A DNA stretch of 64,000 nt from Rhynchobatus australiae (Eukaryota): NCBI GenBank assembly GCA_034780895.1, contig JAUZTB010000057.1, positions 26,599,030-26,663,029 of the forward strand, in the 5' to 3' direction. The translations under genes were made by a program, and so were the position numbers. The notes under the pieces are model-generated. The model ran no database searches. It saw only the letters and a program-made list of their open reading frames with translations, and had not been told where the DNA came from. Below are positions 1 through 13,318 of the stretch, in pieces; within the stretch, counting starts at the first letter, position 1, and the number at the start of each line of letters is the position of its first letter.

Positions 1-924
1 CAGTTCACCAACCACCATACAGCCAGTTCAGGGTCACATAAAGAAGACCTGGCTGGCACCAAGGGCTCATGTTTTGCAATGGCAGCACCAGAATCATCTT
101 TACCTACTAAAGTGACAGGAAATCCCAGGCACATGAGCAGGTTAGGTAGCTCCGTAACCAAGGAAAGAAGGAAGAGTGAAATCAGACATTTTCTCCTGAT
201 GTCAGAAACTGCTTTCATAAAATCCTTTCATAAAAAGCATAAGAATGATAACAGAGAGTGTTCTTTAAGGAAAGGAACTACATATTACAAGTGGAAGCAT
301 CCTTCTGTAACTCAATCTGCTTGCATCCTGGCACTTTACACCCACTCAGCACTGGGTCAGCAACAGCAGTTTGCAAGATCTAAAAACAGGAACAGGCAAG
401 CGTGCGTATTATTCATGCAGATATTTTTGCTCACACTGAGGCTACCTCTGAATGAAGAATGTGGCAGAAAGCAACTTAATATTTGAGTCTCAGCTACAAT
501 AGAAACATGCTAATGCCGGGGAAGGGGTCAGCAACAGAGATGCATTGATCAGGAAAGGGAATATCTGAAATAAAATTGGGGTTATTTAAAAACAATTTTT
601 AAAACTCTTTCATGATGAAATGTGGTAGACTACACAGCAGTGTATGCATGATTGGTGGGTAAATTAGAAATTTGGTTTGCAAATGTACTGCCAGGTTATG
701 TTGAAAACCTATCCAAGCTAATAGCTGTGCCAAATTGGAAGTAAATTTGAAGCTTGTAGCGATCCAAAATTAAATAAGTCAGAGGAAAATTCACCACTCA
801 TACATATCTCCATACATTTGTTGTAAATGATAAACTTTTTATTTACTTAAAGATCTCTCGTATTTCGGGATGGTGAGTTTCAAATTTCTATTCCACTCCC
901 TTCCAACAAACACATTGTAAGAGC

Positions 925-1150
925 CAATAAAAACAGAAAATGCTGGAAACACTCAGCAGGTCAAGCAGCACCTGTGGATAGAGGAACAGACTCAGTGCTT
1001 CAGGTTGAAAATCCTTCGTCAGATATGGACAAGTGGGAAAACAAGTTAGTTCTAAGTTGCAGAGAAGGTGGGGAAAGGTTGGAAGGAACAAAGGGTGAGC
1101 CTTGTGTTGCTGTGGTATGCTGTTGATGAAGCCATCTGGTTGATAGGGGC
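925..1150 (-). mobile_element. Penelope-like element 3' terminal (pLTR) fragment with decayed hammerhead core
   Basis: Minus strand: CTGACGAAGGATTTTCAACCTGAAGC...ccacaggtgctgcttgacctgctgagtgtttccagcattttctgtttttat. Similar to copies at 14790, 23105, 31155, 37110 and 41850. Confidence 0.6.
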
Positions 1151-1164
1151 AGGGCGAGCTGAAA

Positions 1165-1350
1165 GGGAGAGGCAGGAGGATCTGAGGGAGTGGCAAGGGA
1201 GAACAAGGGGAAGGGTGAATGAGGGAATGGTTAAAAGAAGAGGAGACTGAGAGAGAGGTATGAGGAATTAGGGGAAGGGTAAGCTGATGGGAGGAAGAAA
1301 AGATAGAGGGAGTTGAGGTAGAGGAGATAAGAAAGAAGGCATGAGGAAGA
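1165..1350 (+). repeat. Purine-rich (G/A) low-complexity tract
   Basis: Mostly G/A runs such as gggagaggcaggagga and gagagaggta. Confidence 0.6.
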
Positions 1351-3014
1351 GTGCATCTACATGTATAATTACGCTAAGCCCATGCGGCAGAGCCTTGTCC
1401 ACAATTAGGTTGGGTCTCTTTGCCATTAGACCAGGACCTTGCTGTGTTAAGACTGAGTGATAGTTGACATGCAACTGCAACCCCAAGTTAAAATAATTCA
1501 GGAACGTGCTTTTCCCATTCCTAAAAGTGAGGAATTGTAAGGATGACAGACACCAATAACTGCTGTACCAATCGTAAAATCCTATCTGTCATCTCCATTA
1601 ACTTAGGCACTCAATGGCAAAAGCAACAGAAATACTGCCATTGAAAAATCAATGTTGAAGGAGTAAAATTCCCCACAAATGAAGCTCCACTCAGTCAATG
1701 CCTCACTGATAACCTGAGAACATTCAGCCAACAGGAGCTGCAGTGTGTCCACAATGCCTATTCTGACCTAAAGTCCATTATAGTTATCACCCGAGAAGAG
1801 ACTCCTACCTTCTGTAACATAAAGCACTAAAACTAATTTGATGAGAATGCTCTGGAGATCGAGGAACTAACTGACCATAAGATCACAAGCCATCTTGAAT
1901 GAGAAACATCATCATATCTTAAGTGAAAAAAAAGATCTACAGGCATCTTGCCCTAAAGAACAGATGGTTGGTGGGAAGAGCAATGGAAATACAGCCAATA
2001 ATCATGACGTACAGATTCTTCAGCACAAGCAATGCCATCTATGGCCCCAGAATCTAGAGTCATACTGATGAGAGCCAAGAATGGAGAAGAATTCATTACG
2101 GATAAAAAAGCAGTCAGCAAAGACCTCCTTAGTCCAGGTTCTTACATAATGTGAGTGGCTTGACTCCATCCCATGATACATGATCTGCAACAACCTGAAT
2201 TACAGCCGCCTGGCAAGAGGTTGGGCAGCGCACTTGATAGCTGAAAGAGACCAAATCTTTGCTGGAGTACATGGTTAACAATAATATCTGACATAAACCC
2301 ACAATTTCATCTCCCTTATCTCAGAAGAGGCAGGTATGCCAGAACACCTTGGAGATGCCATTATTGAAAATGTTTGCAAGGGAGACAAATCCAATCGATG
2401 TCTGCCACAAGGAAACTTTGACCCACCTCAAATGCCTCCTTCCAGAGCTTATCCCAGCGTGGCAATGAGACTCTGACCACCAAGAGGTACCAGAGAAAAG
2501 ACCTTCATTAAACAACAAATTTAAGAAAACGTAAAGAGGAACACTGACCAATGTATGGGGCATTCATAACCTCACAAATGTCTCTGACTGCCAGCTGAAA
2601 AGGCATTATGAAGAAAGCTTCTCAAATTTGGTATTTCATTATCATTCTATGTCTGCTACATAATAACCTGCAAACTGTGATATTAACCTATTGATCCACT
2701 GCAGACCTAATCTTAACGCAGACTAGAGCTAATCAAGTTGTGTCATCACACCAGCCCCCTTCTCAATCTTTCTCACTGCTACACAGCACGTNNNNNNNNN
2801 NNNNNNNNNNNNNNNNNNNNNNNNNNNNNNNNNNNNNNNNNNNNNNNNNNNNNNNNNNNNNNNNNNNNNNNNNNNNNNNNNNNNNNNNNNNCACCTCCAA
2901 CAAATTTCCCACACACGCGGAGTGGAATTAATTCACAGAGTGAATGAGAAGCTCAACCCACATCATCTTCACTCAGAACTAAGACCCCGGGACCTGGAAA
3001 GCACAGACCAAGAG

Positions 3015-3185
3015 AGCGATTGAAGCTGGGTTGCTGACATTTAAGGAGGGTCTAAATGAGCCCTTGAATGGCTTAGGCACAGAGGGCTATGGACCAAGTG
3101 CTGGGCAATGGGACTAGTTATGGAAGGTGGCCCACTGATTGGCATGGACAAGTTGGGCTGAATAGCCTGTTTCCATGCTGTACAT
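3015..3185 (+). mobile_element. CR1-clade LINE 3' tail
   Basis: gagggctatggaccaagtgctgggcaatgggactag...catggacaagttgggctgaatagcctgtttccatgctgta matches the tail of the CR1 copy at 50740-50855. Confidence 0.7.
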
Positions 3186-3289
3186 GGTCACCACAACCTC
3201 AGTTGCAGAATTTTAGTATGCAGCTGACACCTGTGATATGTGTATATGGAGATTCTTTCACTGGAAAAGAAATAAATGATGGACCTTCC

Positions 3290-3693
3290 ACCAAACATCT
3301 GGAAGACAAAGGTCCTCCACTAAGATGCACCCATTGTGTGATACAAAACCCCCACCCCAAGGAATGAAGATGCACGGCAGGATCCTAGAAAACATGAATC
3401 ACTTTCCTTATCCTGGGAACCACCTCTCAACAAATGCAGACATCCATAACGAAATTAACACTACGGCCTTAAGCTGACTGGGGAAGAGTGTGTGTGATGA
3501 ACAAGAACTCAAACCCTGCTAAGCTATTATCTATGGAACAGCAGTGATCCCTGTCTGCCTATATACTTCAGAGACACGGACAAACAGTGTTTGGTATCTT
3601 AAAGCATTGGAGAAGAGGTACCAAAATCTCCAGAAAATCCTCCAAATTTGTTGGTGGAGGTGCACAAACCAATGTCAATGTTCCAGCTAACAG
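3290..3693 (+). mobile_element. Decayed RTE-clade LINE fragment
   Basis: cactttccttatcctgggaaccacctctcaacaaatgcagacatccataacgaaatt is an FPYLGSHLS..ADI..EI-like RT C-terminal segment, similar to 29265-29312. Confidence 0.55.
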
Positions 3694-6600
3694 NNNNNNN
3701 NNNNNNNNNNNNNNNNNNNNNNNNNNNNNNNNNNNNNNNNNNNNNNNNNNNNNNNNNNNNNNNNNNNNNNNNNNNNNNNNNNNNNNNNNNNNNNNNNNNN
3801 NNNNNNNNNNNNNNNNNNNNNNNNNNNNNNNNNNNNNNNNNNNNNNNNNNNNNNNNNNNNNNNNNNNNNNNNNNNNNNNNNNNNNNNNNNNNNNNNNNNN
3901 NNNNNNNNNNNNNNNNNNNNNNNNNNNNNNNNNNNNNNNNNNNNNNNNNNNNNNNNNNNNNNNNNNNNNNNNNNNNNNNNNNNNNNNNNNNNNNNNNNNN
4001 NNNNNNNNNNNNNNNNNNNNNNNNNNNNNNNNNNNNNNNNNNNNNNNNNNNNNNNNNNNNNNNNNNNNNNNNNNNNNNNNNNNNNNNNNNNNNNNNNNNN
4101 NNNNNNNNNNNNNNNNNNNNNNNNNNNNNNNNNNNNNNNNNNNNNNNNNNNNNNNNNNNNNNNNNNNNNNNNNNNNNNNNNNNNNNNNNNNNNNNNNNNN
4201 NNNNNNNNNNNNNNNNNNNNNNNNNNNNNNNNNNNNNNNNNNNNNNNNNNNNNNNNNNNNNNNNNNNNNNNNNNNNNNNNNNNNNNNNNNTACGATCTCT
4301 GGATCCCTTTTGTCAAAATAAATTGATAATACTTTTGGAATAAAGCACACTGAGGGATGAACTAGTGCTGTAATCAGAATAAGATTTTAGAAGCTGATGG
4401 CATCTTGAGATAAACATGAATCAAGTTGTTACTTGAGGAAAATAGCATTCACTGTCACTAACAAAAAATGAACTGTCACATAGCTGTTCTCCAGACAGAT
4501 CAAACTTCTCTCAAGATTGGCTTCTGAAAGCATAATAGAATAAAATGTCTGTACAAACTCCTTAAAAGCCAACATGGACCTGGTGCAACTGAGTGGGCTC
4601 CTGCGGCATTGTAGTTCTCAATACTGAAATTTCTCACTTGGGTTATCAGAGAATTGCATCAAATGATGAAGAGACAATTATCATGACAGAGAAGGGATAA
4701 ATCAGAACACATTAACCTGGACCACAAACTAGTAATCAGCAGTAATTCCACAGATCCTTTCAGACAATCACATGACACTGGGCAGAGCAGATCAACAGGC
4801 TCGTCCTCCACATCCCTGCCCTCAGTTCTACAACCCTGGCTTCAGGTAAAGAGACACCAGAATCAGAAAGCACANNNNNNNNNNNNNNNNNNNNNNNNNN
4901 NNNNNNNNNNNNNNNNNNNNNNNNNNNNNNNNNNNNNNNNNNNNNNNNNNNNNNNNNNNNNNNNNNNNNNNNNNNNNNNNNNNNNNNNNNNNNNNNNNNN
5001 NNNNNNNNNNNNNNNNNNNNNNNNNNNNNNNNNNNNNNNNNNNNCAACCACAAAATAGAACTTCCTAAAATCAAGCAGTTTATCTTCTCATTAAATTTAT
5101 GTGTCGATTATTACATAGTCGTCACTGCACAAAACTGTTTTGTTGATGCAACAGGTATACACCCGAAGCAGTTATGCTTCACTCGAGCTTTCTTCCACCT
5201 TCTTTTGACTCCAGCAACACATCTTTCTATACTTTAATCCTTCTTGCTGACTTTTCAATTTTACTTACATTTTCAATTTCTCAATTTTTTGAGTTTTTCA
5301 AGCATTTTCTGCTTTGTAATTTTAATCTTGAACATTTTTGGATATTATTTTCACTTCTGCCACCACCATTTAGCCTTACTAGTCTAATCACTTAATATTT
5401 CTACCATTTTGCTGATGCTGGTTATCATTTGTCGACCTTAGTGAACTCTTCCATACCCTGGCGTTTCTTCCATTATTTTCCTGCAGAATACTTTATTTCT
5501 TGTTTGTGTTCATTCTCCTTGACAATCTAATTGATTTTTGATGCATTTTTAACTTATTTTCTATTCATCTTTGTTATCTACTCCTCTTGCTTGTGTCCTT
5601 AACTCAATTTCAAATGTGCCCTTCATATATGCAAGGGGCATCAATGTGACTGCAGATTAGTTTGTACTATTTATTGNNNNNNNNNNNNNNNNNNNNNNNN
5701 NNNNNNNNNTGTGTTCTCCTGCCATTTTGTTTTTTTTGTACTGTTTTTTTCCCCATAATAATATTCTCTAGTCCCATTCTCATACACTTAAAAATAGATT
5801 TTTTCCCACTTCCTTATTGCAGGCTTTGTGTTTTGAGAAAAGTTTAAAAGCTGAAGGAAAAGTTTAACACAGATAATTGGCTCCTTGTGGCTTACAATAT
5901 ACACATAAACATAGACCATTTAGCCTGACAAACCTGTTTTACCACTTAATAAGATCATGGTTAATCAGTGACCTTACTTCATGCACCTGCATTGTTCCAA
6001 TTTTCAAAATGACCTATGGTTAACAAAATCCACCGATCTCGGATTTAAAATTAACAAGTGACCTTGCATTAATTGATGCCTTCAGAACAGTTCCAAACAA
6101 GCAAGCATTGACGTCAATTCACTTCTGAAAAGCCTGGCTCTAATTTTTGGATCTAGATTCCAAACTTAATGAAAATAGAATAATGACAAAGAATATATAT
6201 CTATTCATCTTGATATGTCATAGACACAAATAAAATCACTCCTTAACATTTTACATTCCATTAAATATAGCATTAAATAAATTGTGATAAAGGCAAATTC
6301 GATATTTGGTTTTCTATCTGAGTATTAAGTCCAAATCCCACTCCTTTCTTAATCAATTCAATAAGTTATCTTTAATTTAATGAACTTTAACTTGGAGAAC
6401 TTCTTATAATGGAAATCCAAGTGTCCTTGGTTGTTAATGACACTAGTGCATCATTGTTGATGGCAACATTAAAGTACAAAGAGAAATATTGGCAATTACT
6501 AGGTCCCTGCACCTCTCCAGTTAGATTTTGTTCCTCAAGCCTCATATGGTCATCAAGATCAAATGAAAATTTTCAAGCTGTTCAGTCAATCCACCCATTA

Positions 6601-8849
6601 TAGACCCGAGTAAATTTCCAACAACAGATGCTAAGCCACCTGGTCAATCCCTCTCATCTTCCAGAAAAAGCAGAATGATGTGTACCAGTTTAAAACCAGT
6701 TTCCAAATCAAGATCACACTGGAAAATTATAGTTAAGACATCTTCAATGGTATATACCCATGCATTTATCATACATTAGAGTCATTACTTCATTACAAGG
6801 TTTTGTGCTTATGTTAAGTTCATTGATTCAGTATCGATTTTCCTTGGACTGACCAGTATGCTATCCTCTTCCTCTTATTATCTGTTTTAAAGAGACTATT
6901 TTGCACCCAAGCACCCTCTCTTTCTCATACAAGTCAGCATAATTTTTACAGTTTTTTTTCCTATTTTCTTGTATTTATTGCTTTCTTTTCACCACCTTCT
7001 GCTGATCTGGGCAACCGTCCCAAATTTTTTAAATAAGATTTTCTTTTCAACTTTACACCATCCCTTTAGCTATCCATGTATATCATTTTCTGGCAATTAA
7101 AGCTTTCTCTCATTAATCCCCTCTTTCAATGCTTTGGGGATATATACCATCTCTATATTGCAGTAAATTATTCTAAACACCTCTTGCTGATCTGACTTAA
7201 CCCAGTAACAGATTTGTCTAATTTACTGTGCATTACTTCTTGCTTCACTGCATGGAAGTCACACTATCTCAGAAAGTGATTTGCTTATCTTTCTTTTGGG
7301 CACCATGTTGAAGTTGATCATATGCTTATTATTAGAGAAATACTCATGCACTGAAGACTTAACTAAATGTGGCTCATTACTCAATTCTAACTAATAGTAT
7401 GACCTCTTTTGTTGTTTTTTGGGATTTATGGTTGCAGAAAAATATTGTGAACGCACTCCAGAAAGTTCACTACTTTTCTGACATAGGTTTGTCTGTTTAT
7501 TCCCAGATTATATTTAAATTAAAATTGCCTGTTAAAACCTCCCTATTTTTGCTACATGCTTGCCTAATTCCTGTAATTATAGACACTTCACAGCTGCTGA
7601 TGGAAAGCCAAAGTACAACTCTACCTGGAGAACAAAATTCCTTTCAATTGCCTAAATTAACTCAAAAGTTTCCAATCCCTGCTTGTTTTCCATTAATCCT
7701 CTTGTATTTATAATACAATTTCACCTTTAATCACCAAAGATACTCATTTAAAAAAATAAACTTTATTCATAATAAAAGACAAACTATATACAATTATAAA
7801 ACAGCACAAACCTTTACATTCTTGTAGATCATTCGTTACTGTTACCTTTTTTTCTTTGGCTACTATGTTCCTTATCTTTACAATAAACTTAATAATCTGG
7901 TTCACGTAGTTCCCAGTCCTGGCTAAATTACAATCATATTTCAATTATAATGACCATGTCATACTCAAAATCGAACTTGGAGTTCATTCAAGTTCTTCTT
8001 CATACACTGTGTGTTTGTTTAAACAACCAGTTATTTGGCTGCACTACTCTAAGTCCTAATACATTGTCCACACACAACTTATTTCTCTACCTCATTTAAA
8101 TAATATTACATTCTTTAGTTTTATCTGTCATGTCAAAAGTACCATTAGCTTACACCCTTCCTTTTCATTTCAGAACTAGTGCTAACATTAGCTTTTCTCC
8201 CGAGCTAGTTATTCTGTNNNNNNNNNNNNNNNNNNNNNNNNNNNNNNNNNNNNNNNNNNNNNNNNNNNNNNNNNNNAGCTGTGCATCACACACATGCACT
8301 GAATACTCAGTGACTACCAAACAGGCCTATATTTATACATCAGTGATCTGCTGGGGTCCTTTTATTGGGCAAGGCCAGTAGAATGAGATTCTGCTCAGAA
8401 GTCTGGTTGTATACTATTGTGCCATAATTTAGTTTACTCAAACTGTAAGGCACTTCCAGTTCATGGGGCACTATTCTGTGGAATTAATTTAGGCTCCCAA
8501 GATTGAAGAAAAACTGGACTACAGTGTAAAACACAAGTATAGACATTGAAGTACATATGGGCAAAACAATTAGGTTGATCACAATATTGTTTTGAGTGTT
8601 ACTTACTCTGGTACTAATCTACCCAAAACATTTTCCTCTGAATGAGAGCCAAAAATAAAGAAGGTTTTTGTTCCACTTCATCACAGGTTTCATACATAAT
8701 ATTCACACAGGGATGTACTTCAAATTGAAACCATCACGTTTCTTTTGTCATTGACCATTTGTATTTTCAGTTCCTCCACAGGACCATTTCCTCAAAAGGT
8801 GCAAAGTTTTACTAACTTTTAATGTGTTGGGACTATGAATATCCAAAAA

Positions 8850-8957
8850 CAAGGTGCAGATGCTGGAAATCAGAAATAAAACCATAAGATAACAAAAATA
8901 TTTAGCATGTCAGGTAACATTTGAGAAGGAGAGAAAAAAAAATTAAAGTTTCACATC
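8850..8957 (-). mobile_element. Penelope-like terminal fragment, truncated by a gap
   Basis: tgcagatgctggaaatcagaaataaaa...agcatgtcaggtaacatttgagaaggagagaaa...aaagtttca resembles the same terminal family. Confidence 0.45.
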
Positions 8958-9496
8958 NNNNNNNNNNNNNNNNNNNNNNNNNNNNNNNNNNNNNNNNNNN
9001 NNNNNNNNNNNNNNNNNNNNNNNNNNNNNNNNNNNNNNNNNNNNNNNNNNNNNNNNNTTTCACATCAATGACTTTTCCTTGATAGATCATGTCTATGACT
9101 ATTCAATCCAGGACTCAAAACGTCTTCCCTGGTGGCCCTCTCTCCAAAAATTCATATATTTGAAAAAATGCTAAATATTTTTTCAATCCTAATACTATTG
9201 CTCAATGCTAGAAGCTGGACAATCCTCTGCCCTTCATTTGGCTGGGGTTTCTGTACTAGGACTCATGAGTAATCAATCTCATCTCACTGGAAAATTCACT
9301 TGAATTGCACTAGACATCAGGTTGTCTTAGGAGGGAAGATACATCATTTTCTAGTCCTGCTGAAGCTGATAAGCTTGGTGAGATGTAATTTTGAGACTTT
9401 AGTCCTTAGATAAGACATGTCCTTAACTAACCACACTTTACAACAGGAAGTTTAAATTTTAATGAAGCAAGGGAGAAGATTTGTACATGTGCGCGC

Positions 9497-9498
<2 letters not shown>

Positions 9499-9530
<32 letters not shown>
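9499..9530. repeat. (GA)n microsatellite
   Basis: About 16 uninterrupted GA units. Confidence 0.95.
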
Positions 9531-9533
<3 letters not shown>

Positions 9534-11000
9534 ATACAGGAGATTGAGGAGATTTTAAAACTGCAATGAATGGAGTGCAGTTAAACAAGAATGTCACTCT
9601 GTCACTGAACATCAGACAGTGCTTGAAAGCAGCTCAGAGCTTCTGGCTTTCTATTGTTTGCTAAGTAATTTGGGGCCTTATTATCTTTACATGCAGTAGT
9701 CTCTGCTGAAAAGTACCAAGGCAGGCAACACCTTCACTGCTTTTCATGCATATACTCATGTGACAGAAAACTACAGAAGCAAATTGAAAGGAAAGAGTCA
9801 GTATTAAAAACATTATGTTTACTTGAATGAAAAATACATTTTAACCAGAGAAGCTCAGATAGTCAATGCCTGGTCTAAGATCATACCAACAGAGACTTTC
9901 AGAGATAGACATCTTCCTGCAGAAACATAGCTCATGAATACCAAAGCACTGCTACGTATTCTTTCCCAAATGAGGAAACTGCACAGTGGTTTTAACTGCA
10001 ACTCAATCTTATCCATTCAGACACATTAGCAAGTACTGGAATAAATGATTCACAAGTCCTATTTACTGTTGATATTAATAAGCATGAACACAGTAACACT
10101 TGCAAAGATTAAAGGCACATTTGGGTGTAAATAAAGCAAAGTGAGACAAATATTTGCTTAAGACTTGTTGCTATTTTAGTGTGAAATTGTCAACATTATC
10201 AATATTCAGAGACCATTAAATGTTACTCTCTGCTTCTCCTCTTCCCCTCCCCTCCACTGCCACAATCCCATTAGCAGGTGCACGGATCCAAAGGCAACCT
10301 GCTCCCAGGAACTCAATGAGCTGATCACACTCAATGGTTAGCAATGCTCTTGTTGAGAAAAGTGCCAGTCCACATCTGACACTGTTAACAAGAAACTGGA
10401 ATCACCACTGCAAACATATAACTCCCTACCTATCCCAACAGCCTCGGTGAAATACTGTTGAGAATTAAAAAATTTTTAATCTTCTGAAGTGGAGCGCAGG
10501 ATGTGAAATTANNNNNNNNNNNNNNNNNNNNNNNNNNNNNNNNNNNNNNNNNNNNNNNNNNNNNNNNNNNNNNNNNNNNNNNNNNNNNNNNNNNNNNNNN
10601 NNNNNNNNNNNNNNNNNNNNNNNNNNNNNNNNNNNNNNNNNNNNNNNNNNNNNNNNNNNNNNNNNNNNNNNNNNNNNNNNNNNNNNNNNNNNNNNNNNNN
10701 NNNNNNNNNNNNNNNNNNNNNNNNNNNNNNNNNNNNNNNNNNNNNNNNNNNNNNNNNNNNNNNNNNNNNNNNNNNNNNNNNNNNNNNNNNNNNNNNNNNN
10801 NNNNNNNNNNNNNNNNNNNNNNNNNNNNNNNNNNNNNNNNNNNNNNNNNNNNNNNNNNNNNNNNNNNNNNNNNNNNNNNNNNNNNNNNNNNNNNNNNNNN
10901 NNNNNNNNNNNNNNNNNNNNNNNNNNNNNNNNNNNNNNNNNNNNNNNNNNNNNNNNNNNNNNNNNNNNNNNNNNNNNNNNNNNNNNNNNNNNNNNGTAAC

Positions 11001-11850
11001 CTTCAGAATCAGAATATTATCACTGACTTGTATGTTGTGAAATTTGTTGTTTTGCTGCAGCAGTACAGTGCAATACATAGAAAAATTACTATAAGGTATA
11101 AAATAAATAGTGTAAAAAATGGAATAACGAAGTGGTGTTCATGGGTTCGTGGACCATTAAGAAATCTGATGGCGGAGGGGAAGAAGCTGTTCCTAAATCA
11201 TTGAGTGAGAGTCTTCAGGCTCCTGTACCTCCTCCCTGATGGTAGTAATAAGAAGAGGGCCTGTCCCAGATGGTAAGGGTCCTCAGTGCTGGATGCTGCC
11301 TTCTTGAAGCACTGCCTCTTGAAGATGTCCTCAATGGTGGGGAGGGTTGTGCCCATGATGGAGCTGGCCAAGTCTAAAACCCTCTGTATTCTCTTGCAAT
11401 CCTGTTCATTGGGGCCTCCATACCAGGGTGTGATGCAACCAGTCAGAATGCTCTCCACCGTACATCTATAGAAATTTGTAAGAGTCTTTGGTGACATATC
11501 AAATCTCCTCAAACTCCTAATGAAATAGAGCCACTGGTGTGCCTTCTTTGTGATTGCATCAGTGTGTTGGGCCCAGGATAGATCCTCCGAGATGTTGATG
11601 CCCAGGAACTTGAAGCTGCTCTCACCCTTTCCACCCTGACTCCTCAATGAGGATTGGAGATTTCTCCCAACTTCTCCATCCTTAAGTCCATAACCAATTC
11701 CTCAGTCTTGATGACGTTGAGTGTGAGTTTGTTGTTGCAACACCACTCAACCAGCCAAACTAACCCACTCCTGTACACCTCACCACCATCTGTGATTTTA
11801 CCAACAACAGTGGTGTCATCTGCGAACTCATAGATGGCATTTGAGATTGA
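11001..11850 (-). mobile_element. 5'-truncated Rex1/Babar-type LINE (RT C-terminus and 3' tail)
   Basis: Translates to FADDTTVVGKIT...LNVIKTEELVMD...FKFLGINISEDLSW...LYFIRSLRRF...FYRCTVESILTGCITPWYG...LLPSGRRYRSLKT, with an (ATTCTG)n-type tail at ~11004-11016. Confidence 0.85.
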
Positions 11851-13214
11851 GCTCGAGTTTAATCTTGAGACTCTGATCACTGACACTGAAGTAATTGTGT
11901 AAATGAGACCCAAATAGGTCATGCTTTGGATTAGTTTGGGGCTTGAACTTCAGTTGCAAAGTTTATTCCCACCATCAGGACAATACGGCTTCACATCAAC
12001 AGAAATCCAGTTGTACAAGTCGTTAAAGTTGCATCAAGAAAGATCACTCAGCAAATAGAGTACAAGCGTGCACTAAGCAAGTATGTTAGTGGTCTTGTGG
12101 CCAGCTCATAGAAGACAGTGGTAATAATCTGAGATGGATGCCAATGAAGAAAAGTGAGATAAAATACAAAACAGAAAGCAAATCTGCCTAAAAAAAAATT
12201 AAAATGTAAAGCAGCATCTCTAAAATAGGTTTCAAAGAGCCTCTCAACATTGGAGGGAGCCATTTAGCCCATTGAGGGTGTATGAGCTCCTTGAAAGAGC
12301 TATTGCATTGTCCTACTATCTGTCCTAAGCTCCTCATCATAATGTTCCTGTTCAACTTCTTAAAACTATTTTTGGGATACGATTCCACCACCCTGGACCT
12401 TAATTGCAAAGTTTAGTCCCACTCTAGATCATGGCAATTCTCCAATGAAAGTTTCCTCTTCTCCCCTACACATCTTTGCCAATGAATTCCAGTTTGAGAT
12501 CTGGTTAACAACCTACTAAATGGAGGGAAAATTTTACTTCTGCTTGATCTAAACCTCTCATTATCTTGAGAACCTTTATTAACCTCTCACTGACTGTTCT
12601 TAACATTTCCAATCCTTTCTTATAATTGATGCCACTCAGCCAGCGTGAGCTTGACTTGGGAAGAAGACAGGTAGGAGGCGAGGAGGGTGGAGAGAGAGAG
12701 GGAGGGGCACAGTTGGATAAACATTAATGTTTTATTTTGCAATACAAAGTTGGCAACCCTGTAGCTCACTGGCAGGGCCTCGATTCAAAAATACTCTTCA
12801 TTGTGAAAGTCACTACCTCTGTCANNNNNNNNNNNNNNNNNNNNNNNNNNNNNNNNNNNNNNNNNNNNNNNNNNNNNNNNNNNNNNNNNNNNNNNNNNNN
12901 NNNNNNNNNNNNNNNNNNNNNNNNAGGAAAAAAAATATCAGAAAGCATTCCTGCTTTTATCACGTGATCTTTCTTTGTGCAGGTTACAGGTGAGGGTAGT
13001 ACTCTTATCTGTTCGAATGCCATTCACAGTTGATCAGACTGCTGATATTCACATAGCTGGCTCATTCAGGAAGAACAGTCATTTCATAAAATACCAGACA
13101 ACAATCAGGTCTAGAAGGGGCCAATGCATTTGGGGGTGGGGGGCAAGGCAGTGACATGAGGAGTGTGTGTTCCCATTTGCCTCCTCTTCAGTTTAAGAGG
13201 TTTTGCATGCCTCT

Positions 13215-13318
13215 CCTATATAGAGTCAGTGAGTTAACAGCACTGAAACAGGCCCTTTGGCCCAACTGGTCTATGCTGACCAAGAAGCCCCATATAAGCT
13301 AGTCCCATTTGCCAGCTT
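13215..13318 (-). mobile_element. CR1 LINE 3' tail fragment
   Basis: cagcactgaaacaggccctttggcccaactggtctatgctgacc...ctagtcccatttgcc is the reverse complement of the CR1 tail. Confidence 0.7.

Noticed and set aside
79-486. 135-aa plus-strand ORF
   Set aside because: No recognisable homology or splice structure. It is antisense within an intron and consistent with chance.
3568-4350. Long ORFs here and at 10503-11204, 21873-22267, 43975-44408 and 56664-57398
   Set aside because: Their length comes from N runs translated as X.
6107-6118. ATTGACGTCAAT palindrome as a CRE site
   Set aside because: It is an isolated motif in what appears to be decayed LINE sequence, with no supporting cluster.
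11198-11647. 149-aa ORF as a host gene (such sequences are often labelled ALKBH8-like/DUF1891)
   Set aside because: It is the C-terminal part of a truncated Rex/Babar LINE ORF, contiguous with FADD RT motifs and a LINE tail.
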